A DNA stretch of 63,626 nt, the filler included. It is 4 parts of 4 records of this genome, joined end to end, with 100 filler letters (N's around TTAATTAATTAA, not from the genome) between each part and the next. Parts side by side here need not be neighbours in the genome. Positions count along the whole stretch, not along the records: positions 21,637 to 49,073 come from DRR723986_12860; 3 more parts are not named here. The stretch is one strand, 5' to 3'. The position numbers were made by a program, and so were the translations under genes. Shown here piece after piece: positions 31,411-42,185 of this stretch (positions are counted from its first letter, which is position 1; every line of letters begins with the position of its first letter). A model generated the notes under the pieces. It searched no databases. It worked only from the letters and a program-made list of their open reading frames with translations, and was not told where the DNA came from.

Positions 31411-33060
31411 CTACAACCGTGATGGAATCTTTTTTTCTGGTTTCCAACCGCGTTTTTCCAGTGATTTTTGGATCTCTTCCTCTGTAGGCAAAATTAATTC
31501 AACATCCGGCTCATTGAATAAATTTTCTGCATCTGGATCAATTTCTTCAGGCTTTCTCCACAAAAAAATATCTTCAAGTGTGGGCCTTTCCTCAAATCTC
31601 CAATTAAACCCTTCTAATCTGGAATTTTCTTCTGTAATAAGTTGGAAAGGAGTGAATTTGCCGTCAGGTTTGATCCCATAGGTGACACGTTGTATAGCAC
31701 CATCCTTAAACCTGAGTTTGATATTCGCACTGAGCGTTTTATTGATCCCCTGGGAGATTGTATCTGCCTGCAAAGCAAAATAAAGAGATTCTCCATTGCC
31801 TTCAATATCAATCCTATCCATCTGGCCATCTCTAAAATACCCATCCATAGTTCGACCCTTCATCTGGTTGAAGTTCATAATTGTATCCTGAGTGATGACA
31901 AATACTTTATCCTTCATGAAGACCCGCTCCAGTTCTTCATTTGCAATATAAAAAACCATACTATCAGCGGTAATTTGGCTTTTTTGATTCCACATCACCG
32001 GGCTTTTATACAACTGTATTGAAGAATCCGCATAATTATAAACCAACGAATCTGCGACACCAGACATATCGGATTTCACTAACCTCACCGACCTAAAAGC
32101 TAATAAATATTTCATAGAATCAGCTTCACCGTCCTGAGAAATCAAGGAATCTGAAGCCATGTAAAGTGTGTCTTTTTCAAAATACCTCCTTACCAATGCA
32201 TTCCCATGAACCAAACTATACTTTCGCTCATCCCAATACTCTCCAACATCCCCAAACACTTCCACTTGCCGTTCTTTATTGAGCACACTCACATTTTCTT
32301 TACCCTCATAATAGGCATCCAGCTCGCTGTAGTACAACTCCTTCGCCTTAATCCTACTTGTTTCTGTCTCCACAACACCTTCATAGAACCTGAATTTCTT
32401 GCCCTGAGTATCATAAAAACTACCATTTTGAGCATCGAGGGTATTTCCTTCTGTTGATATCAGATTGGTCAGTCCTTTAGTTTCAGCAGTCTTCGGAATG
32501 GTCAAGTAAACCAAATCATTGGTTTTCATGGTATAGTCAGGGTTTACCAGTACCACGTCATTTTTGAAGGTGATTCTCTCAATATTTACTTCATATGTTC
32601 CTCTCTCACTAGTCAATACATTTACAGAGTCAACTACTTTCCCTTCATTGAAATAATATGCAATGTTCGCCTCACGGTCATAATCAAGAAATTCGGTAGT
32701 AAGTGTAGTTTTTTGGTTAGTGAACACGACATTTTTCCGAAGCTTAGCCAGCTTTGTATTTCCATCATACTCAGCGTATTTGCTAGTAGTCTGTACTGGG
32801 TCTTCAGTGTCCACTATTCTCACATTCCCAAAAAGGCGTGCTCTGTTTTCCAATCTGAAGAAATGTGCAGAGTCACAATAAATTAGCGAGTTCTGATGCT
32901 TCATCTTCACATCCCCTACTAATCTTTCATACCCCTGACTACCGATTAACTCACCCGCACTATTAATCTCCAAAATGGATGTTTCTTGGGCTTGAGAAGA
33001 AAATGAAATGACCCAAAAACTCAGGACAAAGAAGAAAATACGAAATAAGGCTGGAGTCAT
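31411..33060 (-). CDS. OstA-like (LptA/LptD-N beta-jellyroll) protein
   Basis: Signal peptide; CDSA, FGNVRI, LDYDR and ADSL repeats typical of Bacteroidota OstA-like proteins. Confidence 0.85.
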   Translation of the reverse strand: MTPALFRIFFFVLSFWVISFSSQAQETSILEINSAGELIGSQGYERLVGDVKMKHQNSLIYCDSAHFFRLENRARLFGNVRIVDTEDPVQTTSKYAEYDGNTKLAKLRKNVVFTNQKTTLTTEFLDYDREANIAYYFNEGKVVDSVNVLTSERGTYEVNIERITFKNDVVLVNPDYTMKTNDLVYLTIPKTAETKGLTNLISTEGNTLDAQNGSFYDTQGKKFRFYEGVVETETSRIKAKELYYSELDAYYEGKENVSVLNKERQVEVFGDVGEYWDERKYSLVHGNALVRRYFEKDTLYMASDSLISQDGEADSMKYLLAFRSVRLVKSDMSGVADSLVYNYADSSIQLYKSPVMWNQKSQITADSMVFYIANEELERVFMKDKVFVITQDTIMNFNQMKGRTMDGYFRDGQMDRIDIEGNGESLYFALQADTISQGINKTLSANIKLRFKDGAIQRVTYGIKPDGKFTPFQLITEENSRLEGFNWRFEERPTLEDIFLWRKPEEIDPDAENLFNEPDVELILPTEEEIQKSLEKRGWKPEKKIPSRL

Positions 33061-33077
33061 AGCTGCACGAATGTGGA

Positions 33078-33104
33078 CAAAATTACTAGAAAATGATATT
33101 TTTG
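33078..33104. promoter_or_regulatory. Back-to-back TAnnTTTG promoter elements for the OstA-like gene (-) and tilS (+)
   Basis: TAATTTTG on minus strand (33078-33085) and TATTTTTG on plus strand (33097-33104) in a 48-nt gap. Confidence 0.5.
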
Positions 33105-33108
33105 ATCA

Positions 33109-34428
33109 ATGGTTGAAGCTTTTATCCGGCATATCCGGAACAAATCAATTTTAAATCCCTCCAAAACCTACCTATTGGCAAGCAGTGGCGGAATGGACAG
33201 CATGTGCTTAGGCAATCTTCTTACCAAAGCATCAATCCCTTTTGAAATAGCCCATGTTAATTTTCAGTTGCGGGGAGAAGAAAGCAACAAGGACGAAGAG
33301 TTTCTTAGAAATTGGGCTAAATCTTTAAGCATTCCTTTTCATGTTCATCTCGCTGACACCTACAGGTTCGCATCCGAAAGAAATATCTCTACGCAAATGG
33401 CGGCAAGAGAGATTCGCTATGATTGGTTTGAGAAATTAAGAACAGAAAGAAACTTAGAAGGGATAATCATAGCACATCACGAGGATGATCAGATTGAAAC
33501 TATCTTTCTAAACTTACTTCGAGGTACTGGTATTGAAGGTATTTACGGCATGGCCGAGCGTAGAGGCTGGATAATCCGGCCGATGCTACCTTTCAGCAGA
33601 ACAGAAATTCAAGAATTTGTTCTGGAAAATGGTATTGAATGGAGGGAAGACAGTTCAAATGAAAAAACCGACTACAAGCGAAATAAACTTAGGCACATCA
33701 GTTTGCCTGCGCTTTATGAAGTAGCTGATGATGCAAAGTCAAACCTACTGAACAGCTTTGCCAGACTAAAAGATACAGGAAAGGCTTTCACAGCACTTTT
33801 TGAAAACTGGAAATCTGAGAAAATCACAGAATCTGAAGACCTTCAAATCCTATCATCGAAGGACTTAATCCGAAATGCAGGCGCTTCATCCCTATTGTAC
33901 TTTTGGCTTCGCCCTTACGGATTCAATTCTGATCAAGCCCAGGATATTTTGGAAACCTGCCAATTCGGCGAATCTGGAAAGCTATTCGAAAGCAGCACTC
34001 ATCTGCTCAATATTGACCGTGATCAGCTGATATTAGCACCTATCCCGGCAGAATTTGATCCTATTTCTATTAGTAAAAATGACATTGAGTTTTTCTTACC
34101 TGAAGGCAAGTATGACCTCCTTAAATTAGAAGCCCAAGAAGCTATAGACAAAAGCCGTCAAAATGCCATGCTTGACTTGGAACGTTTGAGTTTTCCTCTT
34201 GAGGTTAGGACTTGGCAGGAAGGCGATAGATTTATTCCCCTGGGCATGAAAAATGCAAAGAAAATCTCTGACTTTTTGATAGATTTGAAGGTACCTGTGG
34301 TGAAAAAGCGGGGAATAAAAGTATTAATTTCAGAAGATCAAATAGCCTGGGTAATTGGGTATAGAATTGCTGATTGGGCTAAATCAACAGCAGCTACACG
34401 TAAATTACTTTATCTAAAAAAGCAATAA
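33109..34428 (+). CDS. tilS: tRNA(Ile)-lysidine synthase
   Basis: SGGMDS PP-loop, HVNFQLR, AHHEDDQIET, EDSSN, RNKLR. Confidence 0.96.
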   Translation: MVEAFIRHIRNKSILNPSKTYLLASSGGMDSMCLGNLLTKASIPFEIAHVNFQLRGEESNKDEEFLRNWAKSLSIPFHVHLADTYRFASERNISTQMAAREIRYDWFEKLRTERNLEGIIIAHHEDDQIETIFLNLLRGTGIEGIYGMAERRGWIIRPMLPFSRTEIQEFVLENGIEWREDSSNEKTDYKRNKLRHISLPALYEVADDAKSNLLNSFARLKDTGKAFTALFENWKSEKITESEDLQILSSKDLIRNAGASSLLYFWLRPYGFNSDQAQDILETCQFGESGKLFESSTHLLNIDRDQLILAPIPAEFDPISISKNDIEFFLPEGKYDLLKLEAQEAIDKSRQNAMLDLERLSFPLEVRTWQEGDRFIPLGMKNAKKISDFLIDLKVPVVKKRGIKVLISEDQIAWVIGYRIADWAKSTAATRKLLYLKKQ

Positions 34429-34431
34429 GCA

Positions 34432-34947
34432 ATGCGGAATCCATTTTCTAAAACATACACTGAAGCTGAGGAAAATATGTTCCATTTTCTTGGACAGATC
34501 AAGTTTTTTGAAAATTTGAAGGATAAAGAAATGGCTCGATTCATCCCTGCTATGCATCATAGAAAGTATGTTAAAGATGAGGTGGTGTTCTTCAGCAAAG
34601 ATCCAAGCCAAGCGCTTTATTTGGTCAAAAGCGGTGATATATCCTTAACTATCGACGTCAAGGATAATTTTGAAACTATTCTTGAAATCAAAAGAGGTGA
34701 GGCATTTGGAGAAAACTCATTAATTGAAAATGCAAAGAGAACTTATACTGCGCTAATTGTGTCAGATGAGGCTGAATTAATAGTTATCCCTCATTTTGCC
34801 ATACAGGAAATTTTTGATAGTAACCCAAAGATCAAGGCAAAAATGATGACATCACTGGCGGAGTATTATAACCAAAACAATCAAAGACTTTTCCGCTCTT
34901 ACAGAGAATCCTTTGGCTTCTTCAGCCTCCGTCAAATGTTTGAATAA
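34432..34947 (+). CDS. Stand-alone cyclic-nucleotide-binding domain protein
   Basis: LYLVKSG, GEAFGE and RTYTA cNMP cassette; no C-terminal HTH. Confidence 0.85.
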   Translation: MRNPFSKTYTEAEENMFHFLGQIKFFENLKDKEMARFIPAMHHRKYVKDEVVFFSKDPSQALYLVKSGDISLTIDVKDNFETILEIKRGEAFGENSLIENAKRTYTALIVSDEAELIVIPHFAIQEIFDSNPKIKAKMMTSLAEYYNQNNQRLFRSYRESFGFFSLRQMFE

Positions 34948-35097
34948 GACAGTTCAAACATTAAGCTTACACTTTTGTCAAAAAACCTTAATTCCTTCCA
35001 AAGTATTTGAGGCTCAGTTTCGATTCCTAGGCATTGTTTAATAACTTAGCGCCGCTTTTTAACGCAATATATATTCATATAAAAATCTATAAATCTA

Positions 35098-36033
35098 ATG
35101 AGCAAAGTAACCGTAGTAGGAGCTGGTAATGTAGGCGCAACTTGTGCAGACGTTTTAGCTTATCGCGAAATCGCTGAGGAAATCGTACTAGTTGATATCA
35201 AAGAAGGCGTTGCTGAAGGTAAAGCACTTGATATTTTCCAAAAAGCACCTATCAACCAGTACGATAGCCGTACCACTGGAAGCACGAATGATTACACCAA
35301 AACTGCTAATTCAGATGTAGTAGTGATCACTTCTGGACTTCCTCGTAAGCCAGGTATGACTCGTGATGATTTGATCGAAACGAATGCTGGCATCGTGAAG
35401 TCTGTGACTGAAAACGTGATCAAACATTCTCCTAATGCAATCATCATCGTGGTTTCTAACCCACTAGATGTAATGACTTATCAGGCACACATCACTGCAG
35501 GTACTTCTAGAAACAAGGTGATCGGTATGGCTGGTATCTTGGATACAGCTCGTTACAGAGCTTTCCTTGCTGAGGAGCTGAACGTATCTCCAAAAGAAAT
35601 CCAGGCTATCCTAATGGGCGGACATGGTGACACCATGGTTCCACTTCCTCGTTACACTACAGTAGCTGGAATCCCGGTAACTGAATTGGTAGCTAAAGAT
35701 AAGCTTGATGCAATCATCGAAAGAACCAAATTCGGTGGTGGTGAGCTAGTGAAGCTGATGGGTACTTCTGCTTGGTATGCTCCAGGATCTGCAGCTGCGC
35801 AAATGGTAGAAGCTATCTTGAAAAATCAAAGAAGAGTATTCCCAGTTTGTATCAAACTTGAAGGTGAATACGGAATCGATGATTGTTACCTTGGAGTACC
35901 AGTAATTCTTGGCAAAAACGGTGTTGAGAAAGTATTGGAACTAGACCTGAACGCTGAAGAAAAAGCGCTTCTTGAAACTTCTAGAGGTCATGTGAAGGAA
36001 GTAATGGAAGTTTTGAACAAACTAGGTAAGTAA
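35098..36033 (+). CDS. mdh: Malate dehydrogenase (LDH-like)
   Basis: GAGNVG, PRKPGMTRDDL, SNPLD, LDTAR, GGHGD. Confidence 0.97.
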   Translation: MSKVTVVGAGNVGATCADVLAYREIAEEIVLVDIKEGVAEGKALDIFQKAPINQYDSRTTGSTNDYTKTANSDVVVITSGLPRKPGMTRDDLIETNAGIVKSVTENVIKHSPNAIIIVVSNPLDVMTYQAHITAGTSRNKVIGMAGILDTARYRAFLAEELNVSPKEIQAILMGGHGDTMVPLPRYTTVAGIPVTELVAKDKLDAIIERTKFGGGELVKLMGTSAWYAPGSAAAQMVEAILKNQRRVFPVCIKLEGEYGIDDCYLGVPVILGKNGVEKVLELDLNAEEKALLETSRGHVKEVMEVLNKLGK

Positions 36034-36050
36034 TACTAGTTCTTTTATAT

Positions 36051-36101
36051 ATCAGACCTGAGATTCTCTTGCTTGTGCAAAGGTTTCTTAGGTCTGATTT
36101 T
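36051..36101 (+). terminator. Terminator after mdh
   Basis: ATCAGACCTGAGA...TCTTAGGTCTGAT followed by TTTT. Confidence 0.65.
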
Positions 36102-36133
36102 TGTAATATGCCGTCTGAACCATCGCTGAGCCT

Positions 36134-38839
36134 GTGAAGATCTGGAAAAGCCTTCTTATACTTTTTACCACCCTACTCCTCGCTGCTGGAGGTTTTTGGA
36201 TTTACAAATCCTACTTTTCTTCTCGCAATGTCAATAGCCTTGAAGTAATCAGTCAGAATGCCGTTTTTGTGTTTGAAACCTACGAAGGTGCAAACCAATG
36301 GAATACCCTAGTAAATGACCCTGTTTGGGATATTTTAAAAGCATTTCCAGCTTTTCAAAGACTATCTGATCAACTCATCACCTTAGATAGCCTAAATGGA
36401 GGAACAGGCGAAATAGCAAAATCTCTAAACGGACAACAAGCCACCGTCAGCCTTCATTCCACAGGGATTGAGACATTCGAACTACTTTTTACTATAGATC
36501 TCACCCCATCCACCACTACAGATTTCATCGAAGAAATCAAATCACGTCTCCCTGCAGGGTCAAGATTCCAATCAAGAAAATACTCTGATCAAGATGTATT
36601 GGAATACTACAATGCAGATAATAACCGACTTTGGAGTATTTCACTTCTAGGAGATTTGGCAGTGGTATCATCTTCCTCCTTCTTAGTGGAAGAAGCCATT
36701 CGCTTTTATGTAAATGAGGATCAATTAAGTTTTTACTCGCTGGCAAAAGCTATCCCGTATAATTCTGATGCGCAAGGTCGACTGATCATCGATGGTAAAG
36801 GATTATCCAGCCTCCTGAAGGGTGTAGGTGGATTGAGAGAAAGCCCGACAATTGCTGCTTTGGAAATTATGCCTGGGGTAGCGTCTTTGGACCTTACTTT
36901 GGAAGAAAATCAGCTGGTTTTCAAAGGACCGGTAGTGTATGGAGAGGAGGTTAATTTCACACCCTCTATTCAGGCAAATCTTGCATCTATTGAGGATGTT
37001 ATCTCTATTAGAACGCTTGCGCTGACCCAGATTAACCTGGAGAGCATCTATGAAACACAGAAAATCACTAATCGCGCTTTTATAGCCAGAGCAACATTCA
37101 GTGGAGATATTCAGAGAAAACTGCTAGACAAGGGGTTTTTAGACTCATTTACAGGGGAATTATATTTATTGGATCTAGAAAATACTGGTGGGGCAGATCA
37201 AAATCTGGCTCTCTTGGCTCGAACTAGAGATGCTGATCTTGCTATCCAGCAACTCAAAGAATTTCAAGAAAGCGAGAGCGACGAAGGTTCTGATTTCTAT
37301 TCAGGTCATGAGATTCTTTATCTATCCGAGGAAGATTTTCCTGCACATTTATTTGGAGGAAAATTCCCGGGCTTTGGGCAGACGTTCATTACCTCAGACG
37401 AAGATGTAGTAATCTTTACCAATTCTCAGCAGGCAATGAAGCTGATGCTAGACGACATCAATTCTGGTAGTACCTGGGGAAAATCTTCTAGAGCCCCAGA
37501 AGCCAAAAAAGATTTGACCCCTACCGCTGGCTTTAGTCGCATTTATCTTACAGATAACATTTGGGATACTTGGACAAAAAAAGCAAATCCATCCTGGAGT
37601 TCATTCTTACAGAAATATTCAGAGGCATTTCTTTCCTTCCCTTGGGTTTCCTTCAAAATAAATCAGATACAGGACAAAACAGAGGCCACTCTTAGTTTTC
37701 CCTATGACGGTGAATCCAAGCCAAATATTGAAACAACTGATGCAATATCCTTGCAGCCAAGCAATAGAATTTCCTTTGACCACCAGTTAATCTATGGTCC
37801 AAAATCAATCATAAACTATCAGGACAATACGGAAGATTTATTGGTACAGGACCAGAATAATGTCCTCTATTTAATCAATTCTGCTGGCCAGGAGGTTTAC
37901 TCAGAGCAACTTACTGGACCTATTGTTTCAGATGCATTTCAAATTGATTACTATAAAAATGGTAAGCTTCAACTGTTAGTCGCAACAGCTGATAAAATCT
38001 ATGGAATAGATAGACTAGGCACTCCCCTACCTGGATATCCTTTTGGAGCAAATGCTGAGAAAATCACCCATCTCAACCTAGTCGATTATAGTAACTCTAA
38101 AGATTATCGCTTTTTCGTCAGCACAGAAGCTGGCAATTTGTATTTAATTGACAAAACTGGTAACAAACTGGAAGGTTGGAATCCTAATCGCATTGGAGCC
38201 AAAACCATAGGTGCACCTGCACATTACCGTGTTCCCGGAAAGGGGGATTACATGGTAGCATTAGCTGAAAATGGCGCACTTCACCTTTTTAACCGAAGGG
38301 GCGAAAGTCAAGCTGGTTCTTCAATCAAACTTGGTGAATCATTTACTTCTGGTTTGATATCTTGGAGGGATCCGAGCTCTAGATCCAGCCAGTTGGTGGG
38401 AATTACCGCAAATGGTGAGGTAATTCATACTAACTTCAATGGAGAAGTTGGCTATAGAAACCAACTGGTCAAAGATGATCGTGATAGTGAGTTTTTACTG
38501 ATTCCTGATCAGAAACAGAACGATTTTGTATTTATCTCACGACAATATAACGAAGTTAGTGTCCTAGATAGAAGTGAAAAGAGGCTCTTCAGCACAAGAG
38601 TCTCGGACGAGAATCTACTCTATCAATACTTTGATTTCGGTTCTGACAGACAATTATTCGCAATCACTGATCTTAATCAAGGCTTTTGCTATCTGTATGA
38701 TCTGAGTGGGAATCTACAAACCACCATGCCTCTAGAGAGTACTGGCACTATCCAAATTACCTATCAGGCATCTTTAGATCAATATTTAATCAGAACAGTG
38801 AGTCGTTCCTCACTTACAGAATTTCAATTAGCTAATTAA
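36134..38839 (+). CDS. Large hypothetical membrane-anchored protein with C-terminal propeller-like region
   Basis: 901-aa ORF, N-terminal TM, QIDYYKNGKLQ-type repeats. Confidence 0.75.
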   Translation: MKIWKSLLILFTTLLLAAGGFWIYKSYFSSRNVNSLEVISQNAVFVFETYEGANQWNTLVNDPVWDILKAFPAFQRLSDQLITLDSLNGGTGEIAKSLNGQQATVSLHSTGIETFELLFTIDLTPSTTTDFIEEIKSRLPAGSRFQSRKYSDQDVLEYYNADNNRLWSISLLGDLAVVSSSSFLVEEAIRFYVNEDQLSFYSLAKAIPYNSDAQGRLIIDGKGLSSLLKGVGGLRESPTIAALEIMPGVASLDLTLEENQLVFKGPVVYGEEVNFTPSIQANLASIEDVISIRTLALTQINLESIYETQKITNRAFIARATFSGDIQRKLLDKGFLDSFTGELYLLDLENTGGADQNLALLARTRDADLAIQQLKEFQESESDEGSDFYSGHEILYLSEEDFPAHLFGGKFPGFGQTFITSDEDVVIFTNSQQAMKLMLDDINSGSTWGKSSRAPEAKKDLTPTAGFSRIYLTDNIWDTWTKKANPSWSSFLQKYSEAFLSFPWVSFKINQIQDKTEATLSFPYDGESKPNIETTDAISLQPSNRISFDHQLIYGPKSIINYQDNTEDLLVQDQNNVLYLINSAGQEVYSEQLTGPIVSDAFQIDYYKNGKLQLLVATADKIYGIDRLGTPLPGYPFGANAEKITHLNLVDYSNSKDYRFFVSTEAGNLYLIDKTGNKLEGWNPNRIGAKTIGAPAHYRVPGKGDYMVALAENGALHLFNRRGESQAGSSIKLGESFTSGLISWRDPSSRSSQLVGITANGEVIHTNFNGEVGYRNQLVKDDRDSEFLLIPDQKQNDFVFISRQYNEVSVLDRSEKRLFSTRVSDENLLYQYFDFGSDRQLFAITDLNQGFCYLYDLSGNLQTTMPLESTGTIQITYQASLDQYLIRTVSRSSLTEFQLAN

Positions 38840-38907
38840 GCAGAACCAAATTTTCTTTGGCTTGGGCTAGCGAATGGCTAACTTGCAAAAAATCACAGAT
38901 TCTACTC

Positions 38908-40563
38908 ATGCCGAAAAAGTATTTCCTTTCCTTATTCCTGCTTATTTGGGTTAGCAGTCACTCTTTTTCCCAGCTTGTCTTAGATAATCAGGATGATTTA
39001 GAAGCTGCCAGCTCAGTAAATCTGAATTCTCCTTACCATACCACTCTCTCTTTTTTCTATAATCTGGAAGAAGGGAATTATCAGCCCGAAAATGCAGCTA
39101 AAACACTAGATCTCTCAGATGTTGAAGGTAAAAATGGAGAGCGCCTGGCAGTAAAACTGAAGCAGATTTTTGAGGGAAAAGGAATTCTCATTCGCACAAA
39201 CGATATTCCAAACGAGCAAAACTATTCCGACAGCACCTCTGCAAAAAATGAGAACATTTATTATTTCGACAAGAAAAAACTACCGGGAATATTTCTTCAA
39301 AAAAATGGCGACACTTGGCAATATTCTGCTTTCAGCGTAAGTCAAATAGATAAACTTCACTCTGAGACCTATCCTTTCGGTACCGCAAAGCTTCTCAATA
39401 TACTTCCCAAAATTGGAAATGAACAATATCTGGGTCTCCATCTTTGGCAATTAGTAGGCTTATTCGTCCTTCTTTTATTGGTGTTTCTTGCGCATTGGTT
39501 GTTCACCTTGGTTGTTGACAAACTGATACTTTACCTATTTAAAAGATACGGCTACGGCAAGGTAGGTGAAGATTATATCCTGCCCGTCGCCCGGGTTATC
39601 AGCATCTATTTTATAGTGGTTTTACTTTCACTTTTTATCCGGGTATTGCAGTTGCCGATAGAGATCTGGTCTTGGATAGTGATTGTATTTAGAACACTTA
39701 AGCCTTTCCTGATCACTATCATTTTCTATAAATTGGCAGATGTGGTAGCTGCTTATTTCACCAAGTTGGCAATTAAAACAGAGTCTACTTTAGATGATCA
39801 GTTAGTGCCATTGATGCGGAAAACCCTTAAGGCTTTCGTCATCATTGTAGGCACCCTGTTCATTCTAAGAGATGGCCTAAATCTGGATATTATCCCATTC
39901 CTGACTGGTCTTTCCATTGGTGGTGTAGCCATTGCATTAGCAGCTCAGGATACGATCAAAAACTTTTTCGGTTCAGTTATGATTTTCATTGATAAACCTT
40001 TCCAGGTCGGGGATTGGATTACCTCTGGTGACATCGACGGTACCGTCGAAGAAGTTGGATTTAGATCTACCCGAATCAGGACGTTCAGAAATTCACTGAT
40101 GTACGTGCCAAATGGCAAAATAGCAGATGCTATCTTAGACAATCATGGATTAAGACAATACAGAAGGTTTTATACCACCTTGACAGTCACTTATGACACT
40201 CCACCTGCACTCATTGATGAGTTTGTAAAAGGTCTAAGAGAAATTGTTTTGGCACATCCTGAAACTCGAAAGGATATGTTTCATGTGTATTTCAACAATT
40301 TATCCTCTTTTAGTCAAGACATCATGTTTTACATTTTCTTCGAAGTGCCAAACTGGGGTGAAGAATTGAGATGCCGACATGAAATTTTGGTTCAAATTGT
40401 AAAGCTTGCAAACTCACTTGGGGTGCGATTCGCATTCCCGACCCAAACCTTGCACATGGAGTCATTCCCCGAAAAGAAAACGCTAGTGCCCGAATATCAT
40501 GGTCAATATGAAGCGAAGCTGAATGACTTCCTAAAGTCAGAGCTGAAACGAAAAGACGATTAA
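38908..40563 (+). CDS. MscS-family mechanosensitive channel with N-terminal periplasmic extension
   Basis: GLSIGGVAIALAAQDT, DKPFQVGDWI, GTVEEVGFRSTRIRT, FAFPTQT. Confidence 0.94.
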   Translation: MPKKYFLSLFLLIWVSSHSFSQLVLDNQDDLEAASSVNLNSPYHTTLSFFYNLEEGNYQPENAAKTLDLSDVEGKNGERLAVKLKQIFEGKGILIRTNDIPNEQNYSDSTSAKNENIYYFDKKKLPGIFLQKNGDTWQYSAFSVSQIDKLHSETYPFGTAKLLNILPKIGNEQYLGLHLWQLVGLFVLLLLVFLAHWLFTLVVDKLILYLFKRYGYGKVGEDYILPVARVISIYFIVVLLSLFIRVLQLPIEIWSWIVIVFRTLKPFLITIIFYKLADVVAAYFTKLAIKTESTLDDQLVPLMRKTLKAFVIIVGTLFILRDGLNLDIIPFLTGLSIGGVAIALAAQDTIKNFFGSVMIFIDKPFQVGDWITSGDIDGTVEEVGFRSTRIRTFRNSLMYVPNGKIADAILDNHGLRQYRRFYTTLTVTYDTPPALIDEFVKGLREIVLAHPETRKDMFHVYFNNLSSFSQDIMFYIFFEVPNWGEELRCRHEILVQIVKLANSLGVRFAFPTQTLHMESFPEKKTLVPEYHGQYEAKLNDFLKSELKRKDD

Positions 40564-40567
40564 AAAC

Positions 40568-42184
40568 CTATTTGACCTCAAAGGTTCTTGTGTACTCCTT
40601 AGTTTCTCCTTGAGGAGTTTTAGATTTCAGCGTGACCTTATACTTTCCTTTTAGATCAGGAAGTTTGATTTCCATTGAATTACTTACAGCAGCTGACTCA
40701 GGGGCATCAGACCAGTAAAGAACTGTTCTCCAATCCATGATTCGCTCTTCCTCTATTGGAGCTGAAAAGAGCCTTTCGGTAGATTTCACCTTCGGCTGAA
40801 TACCTTCATAGTCCAGATAAATCGCATTTGACGGTATAGGGAATCCTCCAAAATCATTCTTATATGAACTGAAGCTCATTACCCCTGGAAATTTCTCTTC
40901 ATTTAAGAAAAACGTCCGAGTCAACACGTCTAATTTTTTGAAATTAGTAGGATCGAAAGAAGCTAGTACATCCGAATCAAAAACAACCAATGCATCAATT
41001 AGCATTAGAGGATTGGAGTCAAAGACTGTAAACATAACATTATCCAAAACTCGAAACTCTTTCTTTTTCTTTACATTCCTTTGCGAAATCTCAGGGACAT
41101 ATTCCTTAATCACCGTACCAACCGTCTCAAACCTGGTGTAGTCGTCTAGTAGGTAGGTACGATCTTCCAAAAACCCTGTTACCACCGGCATTTGGGTGGC
41201 ATCATACTCATTGACGAAATAACCCTCTATCTGCCCACCTTTTAACAATTCCTGTAGGTAAATCTGATCTTCAGGACTTATTTCGAGTTGAGGGAAAATA
41301 AAATCCTTTTTAAAATGAGTCACTGGAGCAGGAGAAACTATACCAAAATCTAGTAAAGACTCATTTCCATCAGCTTGAGCAACTAAATATTTCCAATTTC
41401 GCATCCCTCCTGCATCGAAATACAAGCTACCGTTTGCATCAGGACGATCTGTAAAAAGCGCTGACTTTTCACCATGAAGAGACATGTAATACAATTTGGT
41501 AGTATCAATAGCTGTCTCTTCAAGTTTCGCTTCGATGACGTGCCCAAAAAGCTCCGGAATCAAACTATGCTCATCTATAGACTCGTAGGCAGAGGTGGAA
41601 GAGATTATCCCTTGCTCAGCTATGAAAGGATTCAATGAGGCTATACTCACATTACTAATTTCAATATCAGTTGGAAAATCTATTTTTAGAGTTGTACCGG
41701 GGGCACTCACCTGCTGAGACAGCACGATCTCACTTGACTCATGATTTCTAGAAACCACCTTTCGTTCAGCCACTACTGTAGGAGGAACGGTTCTATTAAA
41801 TACGGTGATGAATTGTTGGACCAATCCTTCTTCCAAGTTTTGGTATGGGCTTATTCTGGTAAATACCCGAAGCAAGTAATTATCGGATGGCAGGTTTGTC
41901 GGAAGCTGAAGAAAGTTAAAACTCTGGCCATGCTCTAAGGGCATCTTGGCTATTGCAACTGACTCATTATAACGATTCAGCAATTCTGCATAAATAATCT
42001 TCGAGTCTGTAGGGATGTCTCCAATCATAGATTGGCTGTTAATCCAAACTCGTTCGCCTCCAAAATAGATCGTCTTTGGAATAGTAAAAGAGACAGTTTC
42101 ATTCTCACTAGTCTGTCCTAAAGTCACTGTGATAAAACCCAGAGAAAAAATTAATACGGCGAGGCATTTATGTGATAAGTTCAT
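40568..42184 (-). CDS. Hypothetical exported protein (last gene of the TBDR module)
   Basis: Signal peptide; 'LPSDNYLLRVFT', 'PLMLIDA' plug-like segment, 'DWRTVLYW'. Confidence 0.75.
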   Translation of the reverse strand: MNLSHKCLAVLIFSLGFITVTLGQTSENETVSFTIPKTIYFGGERVWINSQSMIGDIPTDSKIIYAELLNRYNESVAIAKMPLEHGQSFNFLQLPTNLPSDNYLLRVFTRISPYQNLEEGLVQQFITVFNRTVPPTVVAERKVVSRNHESSEIVLSQQVSAPGTTLKIDFPTDIEISNVSIASLNPFIAEQGIISSTSAYESIDEHSLIPELFGHVIEAKLEETAIDTTKLYYMSLHGEKSALFTDRPDANGSLYFDAGGMRNWKYLVAQADGNESLLDFGIVSPAPVTHFKKDFIFPQLEISPEDQIYLQELLKGGQIEGYFVNEYDATQMPVVTGFLEDRTYLLDDYTRFETVGTVIKEYVPEISQRNVKKKKEFRVLDNVMFTVFDSNPLMLIDALVVFDSDVLASFDPTNFKKLDVLTRTFFLNEEKFPGVMSFSSYKNDFGGFPIPSNAIYLDYEGIQPKVKSTERLFSAPIEEERIMDWRTVLYWSDAPESAAVSNSMEIKLPDLKGKYKVTLKSKTPQGETKEYTRTFEVK

Positions 42185-42185
42185 A

